In this document: piece after piece, positions 1 through 12,469 of the stretch
Numbering within the stretch: the stretch's first letter is position 1
Layout: the number at the start of each line of letters is the position of its first letter
Source: Eledone cirrhosa
Lineage: Eukaryota
Assembly: GCA_964016885.1 (NCBI GenBank)
Contig: CAXHJY010000660.1
Location: 20,521-84,520, forward strand
DNA: 64,000 bases
Direction: 5' to 3'
Translations under genes and position numbers: made by a program
Notes under the pieces: model-generated
What the model was told of the DNA's origin: nothing
What the model saw: only the letters and a program-made list of their open reading frames with translations
Databases searched by the model: none

Positions 1-582
1 TGCCTCACAAGGAAGAGGGCATCAGTGGTGCCTCTTCCTGGTACAAACCCAAATTGCATCTCATCTAGTTTCACATGGTCTCTAACCAACTGTGCTATAA
101 CTCTTTCTGTTACTTTCATGACCTGGTCCATCAGCTTTATACCTCTATAGTTTCCTCTATCTAGTGCATCACCTTTACCTTTGTAGCAGTTGACAATGAT
201 GCTACTGCACCAATCTTTTGGTATGACACCTTCTAGTATTACCTGGTTAACAATACGTGTGGTTTTAGTGTGACCTACAGACCCAGATGCCTTCAGCATC
301 TCGGCAGCTATACCCGATGGACCGGTTGCCTTCCCCATCTTCATATCTTTGATTGCCTCACTTACTACGTTGCTGCTGACTTGTACTGCTGGCCCCTCTA
401 TAGGTTCTACTTGGGGTAGGGTCTCTTCTTCCCATACATCTTTCTTCACAGCACTTATGAGGGCAAGCTCACCTTTATCATTCCGGATACACTTCTCTCC
501 AATGACATCACAATTCTCTCTGACACACTGCCTCGCAATCTTGAACACCTCCTGTTTCTGGTCCTCACGTTGCAAAACATGC
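1..582 (-). mobile_element. RTE-clade LINE fragment (subfamily B), N-terminal RT region, 5'-truncated, continues beyond window start
   Basis: Near-colinear with 52338-52959 (same [10 protein letters not shown] and MQFGFVPGRGTTDALF region on the minus strand). Carries a 42-bp internal deletion near 433. Confidence 0.93.
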
Positions 583-1479
583 ATAGATTATATATTTATA
601 ATCACCATCAGTAGATGTATGATGTTATTACACACGTATATACTTACATACAGGTGTGTATATAACCTGTCGTTTTAAGCATTAAACTAATATATTCATT
701 ATACTGTGTCATTTGCTTTATTTCTATTTACTTTTTGTGCGCACACACACACACCTACATACACGCACACACAGAAGTTAGATTATAGATTTAAGATCAC
801 AATTTATCATAAACACTTCATGGAGGTAACTGCATGTGTTGCTATAAAATTGATGTTTATATAACATTCTTTCATTCTTTAATAACTGAATCTTTGGTAG
901 CTACAAATGGTGTTTATGTAACATTCTTTCATTCTTTAATATCTGTGAATCTTTGGTAATATATTCTCAGATATGTGAATTAGATTTGTAACAGTTTTCT
1001 ACTACTTTCCTTTGTCTTTTCTTCTGTTAAGTTATGTAGGCATTCTTTCCAACGTGGCGTTTATTTAGCGTGTGGAAGTCTGGGAGAACATTTGTTTCTT
1101 TATAGTAATATATAATGTTTTCTAGGAGATTTATTCATTAGTTTATTGCTCTGAGCAGCAAAGAATTGTAGATTGAATAACACATTGAAAGGAAATATAA
1201 TTTGGTAGATGCAAGGAATAGATAATATAGTTTTATGTTGTGGAAATATAATTTGGTAGATGCAAGGGAGAGATAATATAGTTTTATGTAGTGGAAAGTG
1301 GAAATGAAGTTAAGACATTAAAGTGTCTGTTTTATGTCTGTTTTTCTATGCTTGCAAGGGTTGGATGAAGCCCAGAGCTTATCTGGTTTTCATGGGATGT
1401 TTTCTATTAATCAATTGAGAGTACAAGACAAGGCATCAGTACATCAGAGGACTAACCTTCAGCTGCCCCTGGTACTCAT

Positions 1480-1590
1480 TTTTGGCTGCAGTTACTGTTG
1501 CAATATAAAATGAAGTGTCACCTGGTCTGAGAATTGAACTTATCACCATGTAATTATGGACCCAACACCCTAACCACTAGGCCACATGAC
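1480..1590 (-). mobile_element. Degenerate tRNA-derived CORE-type SINE head
   Basis: Reverse complement resembles the GGCNTAGTGGTTAG...AGTTCAATTCTCAGACC head of the SINE at 53325. Confidence 0.6.
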
Positions 1591-1997
1591 TGTAAATTAA
1601 ATGTCTACCTCAATTGGTTTCTTCTATATTAGCGTAATTACTTTAACTCTTTCACATAGGTTTTGCATTCGTTTTTTTGTTCTGTTTGCAATCTGAGTCT
1701 GAATTATTTCACATCAGTTTGTCCAACTTTTTCTCAATTCTTCTCTTAATTTAATTGAAATCTATTAAATGAGCTGAAATTACATTGTTGCAAATTTTCT
1801 CACTATTACTATTTTGATGCCAAAACCTGAAGTTGTTCTTGGTTCTACGATACAAACCAGTTTGTACTAAAATGTTTATATTAATCTAAAAATCTCTCAT
1901 CATAATTTTATGTAAGAGCATTCCTTGAATTATGTTCTAAACACCAGATAAAATAAAGTTCTTTATTTGACTAAATCCCTCTCCCCCATTTCTTAAT

Positions 1998-2697
1998 TAT
2001 CATATATACTCAAATATAAACCAACTCCCTATTTTATGTCTGAGAAATGGGCAAAAATCCAGACCCTATTTATAAGCCGAGGCAGGTAATCAACACATTG
2101 TTTAGATGGCATGGGTTTGAAATTCTTGTGAGAGGAGAATATATTTATGAAGTTTTGATATTTAACCCTGTAGCATTTAAACTGGCCACATCTGGCTGGA
2201 ATTCTCTCACTTCTTTCTGTTCACACCGACTATAATTGGCTCTTCATACTGATGTTAAGGTATTGTTCTCAAAATAAATATCAAAATCTCATAGATTTAA
2301 TATGTGAGATAATTATGTGAGGTTAAGCCTTTACCATGAAAATACAATAGTATATATAGAGTAATGTAAATGCTAAAGGGTTAAAAAGTCCTAAGTATCG
2401 TTGAAAGTATTGATTTTGTTTCACAACACCATTATGTAATGACTACCAATTTACGTTGGTTTTGAAGGTCATATTCATTCAAAACACATGAAAAATGAAT
2501 TTCAAGTCAAAAGTCAAACTGGTGTAATATTCACCTTGAAAGTGAAAATATTTTAGCACCTCATTTGCGTAGGATTTTGAAGTTGGTGAAAATCGGCAAA
2601 ATATTGACCTCGAATACAAGCCAATCCCCCATTTTACTATCATTTTTCTTTTTTTGGGGTCACATATTTCTCAGCTTACATATGATTATATACAATA
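1998..2697. mobile_element. Tigger/pogo-like MITE interrupted by a piggyBac-like MITE
   Basis: Degenerate TACCATATATACTCAAATATAA...TTATATACAATA termini. Colinear with the uninterrupted copy at 26690-27220. Confidence 0.65.
2162..2384. mobile_element. piggyBac-type MITE, copy 1
   Basis: TTAA-CCCTGTAGCATTTA...TAAATGCTAAAGGG-TTAA terminal inverted repeats with TTAA flanks. Three copies in the window. Confidence 0.85.
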
Positions 2698-2787
2698 TTT
2701 TCAAAATTATTTCATTAGAAGTATGTTAAAGGGTTAATGACAACTAATAGTATTACATCAGCCATTCTGTCATATAACACGGGCATT

Positions 2788-3013
2788 TTAACCCTTTTGC
2801 ATTTAAACCGCTATATCCAGCCAGAATTCTCTCACCTCTTTCTGTTCAAACTATCTATAACTGGCCACTCATACTGATGTTAAGTTATTGTTCTCAAAAT
2901 AAATGATATCAAAATCTCATAGATTCAATATTATGTGAGATAATTATGTGAGATAAAGCCTTTACTGTGGCAATACACTAGTAAATATAGAGTAATGTAA
3001 ATGGTAAAGGAAT
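2788..3013. mobile_element. piggyBac-type MITE, copy 2
   Basis: Same internal sequence (GAATTCTCTCACCTCTTTCTGTTC...TATTGTTCTCAAAATAAAT) with a degenerate right TIR. Confidence 0.8.
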
Positions 3014-3165
3014 AATGTAGATAGTTAGATTGGGCAAAGTTTCTTGAATTTATGATTTTGGCTGCAACTCATGCTTTCATTTCTTCATCAGCTTTGGCCA
3101 CATCTTGTCTATCTTGGTTTTCCTCCCTCCTTTACTTCCTTCCACATTCATTTCCATCATTTCTC

Positions 3166-3400
3166 TTACCTAGTCACTTTCATCCTTTCCCAATAGATGA
3201 CCCAATACTGTTCTATTCCTCTCACCCAATCACTTCCATCCTTCCTCAACATATCACCCAACCATTTCATTCTATTTCTCTTCACTACATTCATTACTGG
3301 TTCAATTCCTCTAATCCAGTCTCTATCATCCTTCCTCAACACATGACCCAGCCATCTCATTCTATTTCTTTTCACAACAATCAGCCATTCTACCACACAT
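3166..3400 (-). pseudogene. Ancient RTE LINE C-terminal remnant with internal tandem duplication
   Basis: VVKRNRMRWLGHVLRKDD motif occurs twice and resembles the RRLRWYGHVMRM motif of the younger RTE copies. Confidence 0.7.
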
Positions 3401-3569
3401 AATCTACATTATTGTATTATAAGCAGCACCAGACATTATTTTCAGTTATTCTAAGCTAACTTAGCTGTGTCCAAATGAATCAACACCTCCATCTGCCATT
3501 TGTCAAATAGATTAGTGAAAGAGATGTTCACAAAGGGGAATATGTTAGCATCCTGAGAAACTTTCTATG

Positions 3570-3820
3570 ATATGTAACCTTGTTGGAGGCCAACTAAACC
3601 TACATAGGTGTGAGCTGTAACAACTATAACTGTTATCATTAAACACACCTGAGAAACCTATATTTAACCTTGTAGGAGGCCAGCTAAACCTATATAGGTG
3701 TGAGCTGTGATGAGACAGCACAGAGGCCTGTTAAACCTATATAGGTGTGAGCTGTGATGAGATACCCTGTAAGAAGCCAGGTAAACATATGTAGGTGTGA
3801 GCTGTAACAACAACTATAGA
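3570..3820. repeat. Diverged tandem repeat, core GGCCAGCTAAACCTATATAGGTGTGAGCTGT, 4 copies
   Basis: Core recurs near 3588, 3677, 3724 and 3776. A single related copy lies near 28446. Confidence 0.75.
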
Positions 3821-3854
3821 AAGGAGGGGAAATCTGATAGTTTTTTTGCAGAGT

Positions 3855-4095
3855 ATGGGCATTGAGGCTTCCTCCAGACCTACCAGGCATAAATCCCTCT
3901 GGTCTCAGAAGACATGTGAAGGCTATAGGCACTGTCCCTTCCTCCAGACCTACCAGATATTGATATCACTGGTCTCAGAGGATATGTGAAGGCTATGGGC
4001 AGTGTCCCTCCCTCCAGACCTACCTAATATCAATCTCAATGGTTTCGGGACATGTGAAGGCCATGGGCACTGACCCTTCCTCCAGACTTGCCAAG
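3855..4095. repeat. 70-bp tandem repeat with internal hairpin, ~3.5 copies
   Basis: CCTCCAGAC at 3871, 3941, 4011 and 4079, followed by poly(A) at 4098-4120. Confidence 0.85.
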
Positions 4096-4837
4096 TTAAA
4101 AAAAAAAAAAAAAAAAGAAATGGTCAGAGCAGATCCAAGGCATTCCAGCCATGACATCCTGTCTTTCTAGGAGTAATGTAGGTCTTATTATCTAATGTAT
4201 GTTTTCCTTAAGACGATAGGGTGTTTAGTATTATTTGAGGGAGATTTGACTGTTGTGTCTAGCGGCTTGGTTCCTCACGTAGATGTTACCTTGTTAGTTC
4301 GAGACTGTCATAGTTCAAAGGCCAGGTGTAAATAAACGAGTCTGATTAGCAGGTGGGAAGGGAGATAAGCTAGGTTATCGTGAATAGGAGTACTGATCTA
4401 TTGGAGTACTGATAAAAATTATGATAAAAACACTTGTATTAATCATTTTTTTTTTTTTAGTTTAGTAAAAAAACAAGGTCAGTGGCCGTGACCTTTCAGG
4501 CCGTCCAACACTGGAAGTGGGGTTATTATTGTTCAGTCCCAGGTTATCCCTGACTAAGCTAATCTAAGATCAGAGACATTCCTGCCATGACAATCTCATT
4601 TATTTTCTTGATGTAATGTATTTAGGATTGTTTTTAAATAGTATTGAGGTACATTTAGTTACTATTTCTAGCAGATTGATACAGTTGATGTTCAGGTTAA
4701 GAACCTGTGAGTTGCCATCCTCCAAAAGAGAATATTAAAGTGAATTGATGTTGGTGGGGAGAACCAATTAATTAGTTATATTCATCAGAATATTCAGAAA
4801 AGTTATAAATTTGGTTGGTTAGTCCTGGTCAAGTGAA

Positions 4838-4980
4838 AGTGTGTGGTTTAGTGGTTAGGGTGTTTGGCTCATGATTGCATGGTCATGAGTTTGATTCTTG
4901 GACTGAGTGGCATGTTGTGTCCTTGTTCAAGACACTTTATTTCATGGTCCAGTCCACTCAGCTGAAAAAAATGAGTTTCA
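4838..4980 (+). mobile_element. tRNA-derived CORE-type SINE, 5' part
   Basis: GGTTTAGTGGTTAGGG A-box region, then GTGTCCTTG..CAAGACACTTTATTTCA core. Confidence 0.7.
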
Positions 4981-6266
4981 ATGTCACTGGTGCTAAGCTA
5001 TATCTGCCTCTGCCTTTCCCTTAGACAACATTAATGTTGAGAAAACATTTTTCTCAAGTTACATTATCCAGCTTGTTTAATGCCACCTTCACTGAGATCT
5101 TCCTAATTCACCCATCTCTCCTCTTCTCATCACCTATGTTGTGTTCAATGCCCCAGATCCTGCACCAACCTCTACATCCAATCCTTTCTACCTAGAATAT
5201 CATCCCTTGAGAATTCACTTCCTGCTCATGTTTTTCTTAAAGGAATGGAATATCAATGGCATACCATAGTGTAATTTAAGGAAGATTTTGTGGCTATTTC
5301 TAACAGGGGAAACAACCATGTAGAGGCCTGTTTGAAGTCTTCTTAAACATTCCTCAGATATTTTCACTAACTAATTAATAGGATAAGAAAGTGATATATT
5401 TCAGCTGTCATTACTATCAGTTAATAGATAGCTGGTAGTATTGGTAAGTTAATATCTCTAACTATTGACAATAGTGATATTAACTTATCAATACCACCAT
5501 CTAACTATTAACAATAGTAATATTAACTTATCAATACTACCAACTATATAGCTATTAACAAAACAGGCAAGTAGTGGCAAGCCTTTCAGACCTAACCTTT
5601 CAGGTGCTAAATCACCTGAAACTGCCCCCAGTTCTATAATACAAAGCTCTGTAGATGTATACACACTCAGTTGCTTTTAAAACTTATTTTACTGTAGAGC
5701 TGTGATTTTTTTTTTTTTTCAGGCATATATTGAACAGGTTTTTAGATCTATTGTTCATATTCTTAGATCAAATATCTAAATTTAAAAATCAAAGGGGCTC
5801 CAATCATCAACATACAAAAGCCACAAATAAACAATAGATTACTACTGTATGGAGCAGAGTAACTCCTATGACTGTTCCATGCATGCATAATCCAGACACT
5901 TAGACCAATTAGGGAAGAATACATTGATTGCTTGTTTTGTTTTGCATTTCTTTTATTGTTTTGTGCATTTGAAATATTATGTTGAAATATACTGGGTAAG
6001 AAAAATATTACTGTTTTCTTTTATTTGTCATCCTTTGCCCTTTATATGTTTTACTGCATTGTACTTGGCTTTCTGAAACACTTACCAGTCATTTATTAAA
6101 TGTTTAGACATTTTTTTTTATACCAAACCTATTTGAACCACCCCTGATTCTTATGATACAGAGCTGCTTATTTAAAAGTGTTTCCTCCTTGGTAGTCATT
6201 CTATAATCAAGTACAACTTGGGACTAGGTTTTGTTTTCTTTTAAATTATTATGTATAGTTAAACAA

Positions 6267-6571
6267 TGTAGTGTTTTGGAACAGTTTAAAATCCACTCAG
6301 CGAGACAATAACCGTTTAGCAACTTCACAAGGAAGAAGACCTTTATTACAACAAAACACCAATTTATATAGGTGTTAAAATGGGTAGGACTCATGCATGT
6401 GATGATTGGTTGAGTACAAAAACAGACAAAAGGGGAGTCAGGTAATGCTTAACATTAAGACAAGGGAATGTATGAAAAATGATTAGTCATGCACACGTGA
6501 TACAAACAGGTGTAGAGGGAAAGTAGAATAATGTATAAAATGTTGAATCAGAACGAAGAACAGTCACAACA
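6267..6571 (-). repeat. 3' LTR of the Gypsy element
   Basis: Begins TGTTGTGACTG and ends ACTACA on minus. TATATAAA near 6363-6370 and AATAAA near 6342-6347 on minus. Terminal ~60 bp matches 8694-8755. Confidence 0.85.
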
Positions 6572-6797
6572 TCTTCCCCTCACTTTTTAGGCTTGTCAGC
6601 AGTGAATAAATTTCGAGCGTTGCATTTGCATCCATCTTCAAGTTCAAATGTTGCTTCACCAACTTTTTTTACGATTCTGAGTGGCTTTGAAAAACGTTGC
6701 TCTCCTTTCTTTGATGAGAGAAATTTTGTTCGAACATAGTCGCTAACCTTCCTTGTTGCTACTGCGACGCGGTAATTATCTTGATATTGACGAATTT

Positions 6798-7649
6798 TTA
6801 TTTCATAATCACGCGATACTGCAGCTGTCGGAACGGTTGAATTGAGCTTTGTTGTGCCTTTTGTGGAATCGGTGCATTCCGAATAGCCATTGTGTTCTCT
6901 TTGCTTGGTTTAACTCCATTGGCTGAGATGATGTGGCCTAGGAACGGTATTTCAGATGAGTTTAGTACACATTTATCTAAATTTATTTGAAGATTTAATG
7001 ATTCAAGTCGAGTGAGAACCTTATCAAGTGTCGAGTTGTGAGTTAATTCATTGCTTCCAAAAACACAAATGTCATCCATGTAAACTATGACGCCGTTGAT
7101 ATTTTGAAGCACATGAGAAATGAATTTCTGCCACGCTACTGGTGCTGAGCTCAAACCCATGGGAAGTACTTTGTATTGGAAAAGGCCCACTGGTGTAAGA
7201 AATGCCGTAAGATGCTTTGATTCATCGGACAGCTCGAGGTGGAAATATGCTTTAGTCATATCGAAGACTGAGAAACGCTTTGCCCCTGCCAGCTTAACTA
7301 ACAGTTCATCAAATGACGGTATTACAAATTTATCGACGATAATTTGCTTGTTTAGTTGCCGCAGATCACAACATATGCGCATTCGACCGTCTTTTTTCAT
7401 CACTGCTACCATTGGATGCACCCATTCGCTGCGATCAATTTCTTCCATTAGATCAGCCTCTACCATTTCGGACAATGCCTGTTTAACAGCATCCACCTTA
7501 GCCAATGCAAATGGACGTGGTTGAGATATTGCAACTGGCTTCGCATTAGGTTTAAACTGAATAAGGTGTTGAGCTTTTGGTATACGGCCAATACCTGGAC
7601 TGAACAGCAGTGGAAATTGTTTTGAAATTGTCGACAGTCTATTGAGCAA
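6798..7649 (-). pseudogene. Gypsy reverse transcriptase (RNase H and most of integrase deleted)
   Basis: RICCDLRQLN, FDMTKAYFHL, LPMGLSSAP, VYMDDI and FLGHIIS motifs. Homology ends abruptly near 6855. Confidence 0.92.
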
Positions 7650-8690
7650 ATTGTGTTATCGAGCCATGGAGTTAAATGAAGATGAATTATTGCATTTCTA
7701 CCCAGCAGTGGTTTGACATTTTCTGGACCGATGTAGACATGAATATTTGAGGCAGAAGCACCTTCAACATCTAGTCTGCAAACGATGAACCCCTTGATCT
7801 GTACGCGTTGACCGGAATAATTTGAAAACTTGTGCTTAGTTGAAACAATTGATAAAGAATTGAAGTGGGTGCGATAAAAACCAAACGGAATAATCGTTGC
7901 CGCAGATGCTGTATCAACCTCCATTTTGATATTCGCTTGAGCGTCTTCACATGTAATTTTAACTTGTCGGAAATCAGGTGGAGGAAATTTTGGCTCCCTG
8001 ATGACATGTTTTTCATTTTTGTTTGCATCATGGTGATTCTCAATGGAAAATATTTGAACTTCTGCTAAGCCTTCTTCGATGTCGCGCTCTTCGTCACCAG
8101 TTGTATCTATGGCTTTAATTGATTGTGATAAACAAAAGCGACTGAAGTGGCCTATTTTGCCACACTTATGACATTCCAAGCCGAGTGCTGGACATTTGTT
8201 GTTATTTGCTTTATGTTTTGGGCTACCACACCAAAGACATTTGTCTTTATTAGTTTTTAAAACCTGCGAACGATTGGCTGGGTCGCTTGATACTCTATTG
8301 ACTGCAAGGGAACTAACTGCGCCCGGCTTCTTCAGTGATTTGACTTGCTGTTTGACTATTTCTTTACAGCGAACGATGTTGCATGCTTTTTCCCAGGTCA
8401 GTTTTTTTAGAATCTTCTGAAAGAAGGGTCTCCTGAATGCGATCATCACCCAAGCCTGCTATCAATTGCTAAATAAGCATAGCGTCTTTGACTGTCGACC
8501 TAGTAAGCAGCTCATATTCGCAACTTTTTACGTTATTATTCAACCGCGTAATAAAAACATCAGACTCACCGTCTTCTTGATACGTGAGAGTGAACCTCTG
8601 CTGGGCGTAGAAAACATTCTCTCTTGGTCCCCAGAGTTGATCCAATTGTTTGATGACTTCATCATAAGTCTTGCAGTTGTGTGAGTCGTA
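7460..8690 (-). pseudogene. Gypsy gag and aspartic protease, disrupted
   Basis: Zinc knuckle CHKCGKIGHFSRFC; protease EVDTASAATII and LLGRN. Upstream gag (TYDEVIKQLD...LI*QLIAGL) contains a stop and a frameshift. Confidence 0.85.
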
Positions 8691-10559
8691 CTGTGTAGAG
8701 GGAAAGTAGAATAATGTATAAAATGTTGAATCCAGAACGAAGAACAGTCACAACAAACAATGACAAAACTCCAACGATGCTTTACTCTTTCATGAGACTG
8801 TAAACGAAAAGCACTGACACAACCACACCTACAGAAATAAGAGAATAAAATTTCAATACTGGACATGGTATTATCTACTGTTGCTTTGAAAATAGAATAA
8901 GCAAATTTACAACAATCTAGAGATAAATAACCACTTTTAGGGTCTCACTCTATTTTATAGTGTCACCATGCAGGGGTGTACCCCCCTCTCTAATGTATGT
9001 GGTCAAGTCATATATAAATAACCACTTAAACTGTAGAAAACCAATCATTATGAGAGGTGTCTAAGAAGGGTGGCATCAAGAAAGGTATCTGGTCATAAAA
9101 CATTTCTGCAAAAAGGACTCCTTGATGAATATAAAGACTGTTATGAGACCAACATAACTAATTCTTGCTTTAGTAGGGAAAATAGCCTTTAAATACTTGC
9201 ATGAACACTTTAAAATAAAATACAGCTTTGTATCATAAAACCTGAGGCAGTTTCAGGCAATTTGGTATCAAAAGAATTAGAATATTTGGGTGGAGAAGTG
9301 ACAAAAAAATCCCAGTAGAAGGAAACTGAAGTAGAAGACCAAGGAAAACTGAGGTAGTGAGAGCTGATCTTAAATCGCTGAAGCACATGAGATGCTGTGT
9401 TGAAAAAGACTTGTCTAACCCATGCAAGCATGGAAAAGCGGATGTAAAATGGTGATGATGATAGATTAGGGAATCTTTCTCTCCATAAATAAACCTGTGG
9501 AAAGAAGAAATAGCTAAGAAGGTTGGCATCAGGAAGGGCATCTAGCTAATAAATATTGCCTCCGAAAGGATCCCATGATGAGTATGAATTATGTTATGAG
9601 CTTTGCAAGGATAATCTCAACTTTGAGGAAAATAGCCTATTATTGCTGTATAAACTCTTTAAAATAAACAGCTTTGTGTATCACAGAACCTGCAGTAATT
9701 TCAGGTGTTTGTTATCAAAAAGGGTTAAAATATTTAATAATTTTTGTTACATAGAGACCCGTAATGTCTCTCTCTCTCTCTAAACAATGCTATTGAAACA
9801 AAAAACAACAAATAGATGACCAATTTACAACAATGTAGACATGAATATCTACTTAACCTCTATAGAAAACCAATCTGTTGCATTTCTAGAATTGTATGCA
9901 GAAAAAATAATCAAAAAACTTGGTTCCATTCTACATTTGAGATATTCCATTTTGTTCCTGAGTTTTTCAATAAATCATTGAATCAAAATTATTGGGAGAC
10001 TAATTGCAATCGACCTGTATTTTTGTGAGCAAATGGAAACTACTTAATGCTGTTTGTTTTTGGGTCACAGTGTTGGATTTTTTTTTTAATAGTCCGTTAT
10101 ATTTCCTGCTGTTAATAAGTGAATCAAATAGACCATTCCTTCATTGTTGTAAGTCAAGTTATTTCAGAATATATTGACAAAATGTTCTATTTAGTTTCTT
10201 ATATTACCATTAAATTTCATATTTTGTGGGACTGAATACTGTTGAAGGAATATATATATATATATATATAATTAAGGCTAAATAGTGATTCTTGTTACTC
10301 TGGAGTTTAACCTGCTTATCATGGTCATCAGACAAGAACTACTATTTTTTAGTCTATAAATATCTAAACTCTACTTCAGTAATCAGTATTCTTTTTCCCC
10401 AGTTGCCAACCACATGCATATATATATAAAATCTCATCATCATTACAGTATAATATCTATTTCCCTGCCTGCATGGGTTATATATTTTTCGGACCGAGGA
10501 AACAATGTTTCTGTTGGTCTTTCCAGTTGCTAATACTATCTATCGGTCGCAACTCCAAG

Positions 10560-10680
10560 TAGAAGGAACAACGTGAAATAAAGTGTCTTGCTCAAGGACA
10601 TAACGCATCGCCCGGTCCAGGAATCAAACTCACAACCTCAAGATTGTAAATCCAATTCTCTAACCACTCAGCCTTCACTA
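10560..10680 (-). mobile_element. tRNA-derived CORE-type SINE head
   Basis: GTGAAATAAAGTGTCTTGCTCAAGGACA...CTCTAACCACT is the reverse complement of the SINE head and core. Confidence 0.75.
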
Positions 10681-11859
10681 CACACACACACACACTTTTG
10701 ATGGTGGTGGTCCTGAAACTGCCCCCACTGTAAACTAGTGATCCCTGTCTCAAGTACTGCCTCCAATGTAAACCAGTGATCCCTGTCTCAAGAGCTGAAC
10801 AAATAATGCTGTTAGATAGAAAGTAAAGAAGTCAGTTTCTGTTAAACTTTATTTCAGTGTCTGGAGCTGTTTCATATTACTTGTATTAAATGTATCACAA
10901 TATTTCTTCTGTAAATAGCAATACTTTGTTAGGTTTCACTATTCAGTTTAATTGTTAATCAATATTAGTTTCAAGCTGGCACAGAAACACTAGTTGTGTA
11001 TATGCTTGTGTTTTCTTTTTATATACAAATACAATAGTTGAGCGGTTAATTTGTTTGACCTACATTTCATGAATTGACACTTCGCTTTTGGTAACATATA
11101 ATGTGCATTGCTTTTCCAGGTCTAAACACTAATATTCACGCCCAAACCGCCCATGGTAACATATACTCGCTGCCTTTTCACATTTAAACACTTTATTTTT
11201 CATTCCCCAAATTGTCCAGGCTGAAAATATAGCTATTAGTTTCTTTCATTCCTTCTTTCTTTCTTCAACACATGCATCCACATGAAATTTAAATTTAGCA
11301 AACACATTGGAACCATGCCCACCAAAGGCAATGGATAGATTCAACACTCCCTATTAGTGCCAAGCCTATCAGATAATTCTCTGCTCAGTCAAACTCATTA
11401 GTGCCAAGCCTCTTGTGCAAGAGTTCAATGGCCCAAGGCATCCATATGAGGACAGGTGGTGGGGGCATGCAACCAAAGAGTCTTGCAGGGTTCTCCATTT
11501 AATACAACTACTGAGCACAGCACCCATTTAGATTTCTCAAACTCTTTGCCCAGTTTTCTATGCAGATCCCCCAAACAACCAAGAAATTTATTAACATGAA
11601 ATTCAATGTTTATGTTCAGACATTTGTTTGTTCATCTGATCTGTAGATTAACACATCATTTGAGATAACACACGATATGAAATGTCGTTTTTATGTTAGT
11701 GTTGTTTATTTAATGTTTCATCTGTTTTTACATATTTAAAATATCTTCCTTACTCACACTTCTCAATACTAGGCCTTATACTTGAGTTTTAAAGGGCATA
11801 CAATCAAGGAGTTGGCCCTGGGCATCACCAAACCTCTGCATGATACTGCACTTGGGTAT

Positions 11860-12042
11860 CATTAGTGGCATACCTCTTGAGTGTCATTAAACTTATTAAT
11901 TAGTAGCAAGCCTCTTGGGTATTATTAAACATACCTGAATTCATTAGTGGCAAGTCTCTTGGCTATTATTAAACATACACATTAGTAGCAAGCCCCTTGG
12001 ACATGTTTAAAATCACCCAAATTCATTAGTAGCAAGCCGTTC
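11860..12042. repeat. Diverged ~40-45-bp tandem repeat, core ATTAGTRGCAAGCCTCTTGG
   Basis: Five copies here and two related copies near 11353 and 11397. Confidence 0.65.
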
Positions 12043-12469
12043 AAAGAAACTATGAAAGTACTCAATAAGTTTCATTCTTCCTTTTGCATAAAATTGAGTC
12101 TTTCTTTGAGTAAAATATTGCTTCATATCAATTTACTTGATAGAAACCATTTACTGCACCCCCACATCCATAAACACTCTCCCCACATAATCCCTCTTCA
12201 CCCCCCCCCCCTCCACATTCACACAAACACCATACACACAACTTCCCAAACACACTCACACATACACTTTTCCTGTATCAAATTCCATTCACAAGACGTT
12301 GGTCAGTCTAAGACTACAGTGGAAGACATTTGCCCAGGTGCTACAGTGGGACTGAACTGAGAAACATGTGGTTGCAAAGCACATTCTTTCGTCACAGCAA
12401 TATTTTAAAATGATGAGAATACAAAGGATAGGAGTTTTGATAATTTCGCGGTTGATTTATAAGTGACCG

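Larger units (their letters stand above)
1643..2736. mobile_element. Old piggyBac-like non-autonomous element hosting nested MITEs
   Basis: TTAACTCTTT start and AAAGGGTTAA end. Internal segments (AATTTTATGTAAGA..TTATGTTC..CACCA, CATTAGAA) match the element at 48260-48508. Confidence 0.5.
6267..8755 (-). mobile_element. Ty3/Gypsy LTR retrotransposon, internally deleted and non-functional
   Basis: AACAA target-site duplication at 6262-6266 and 8756-8760. TG...CA ends. 3' LTR at 6267-6571 preceded by a polypurine tract (AGGGGAAGA on minus). Only ~62 bp of the 5' LTR remains (8694-8755). Gag, protease and RT coding remnants are present. Confidence 0.93.

Noticed and set aside
7620-7660. Programmed frameshift between Gypsy protease and RT
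   Set aside because: The element has other disabling lesions, and protease and RT are normally in one frame, so a mutation is more likely.
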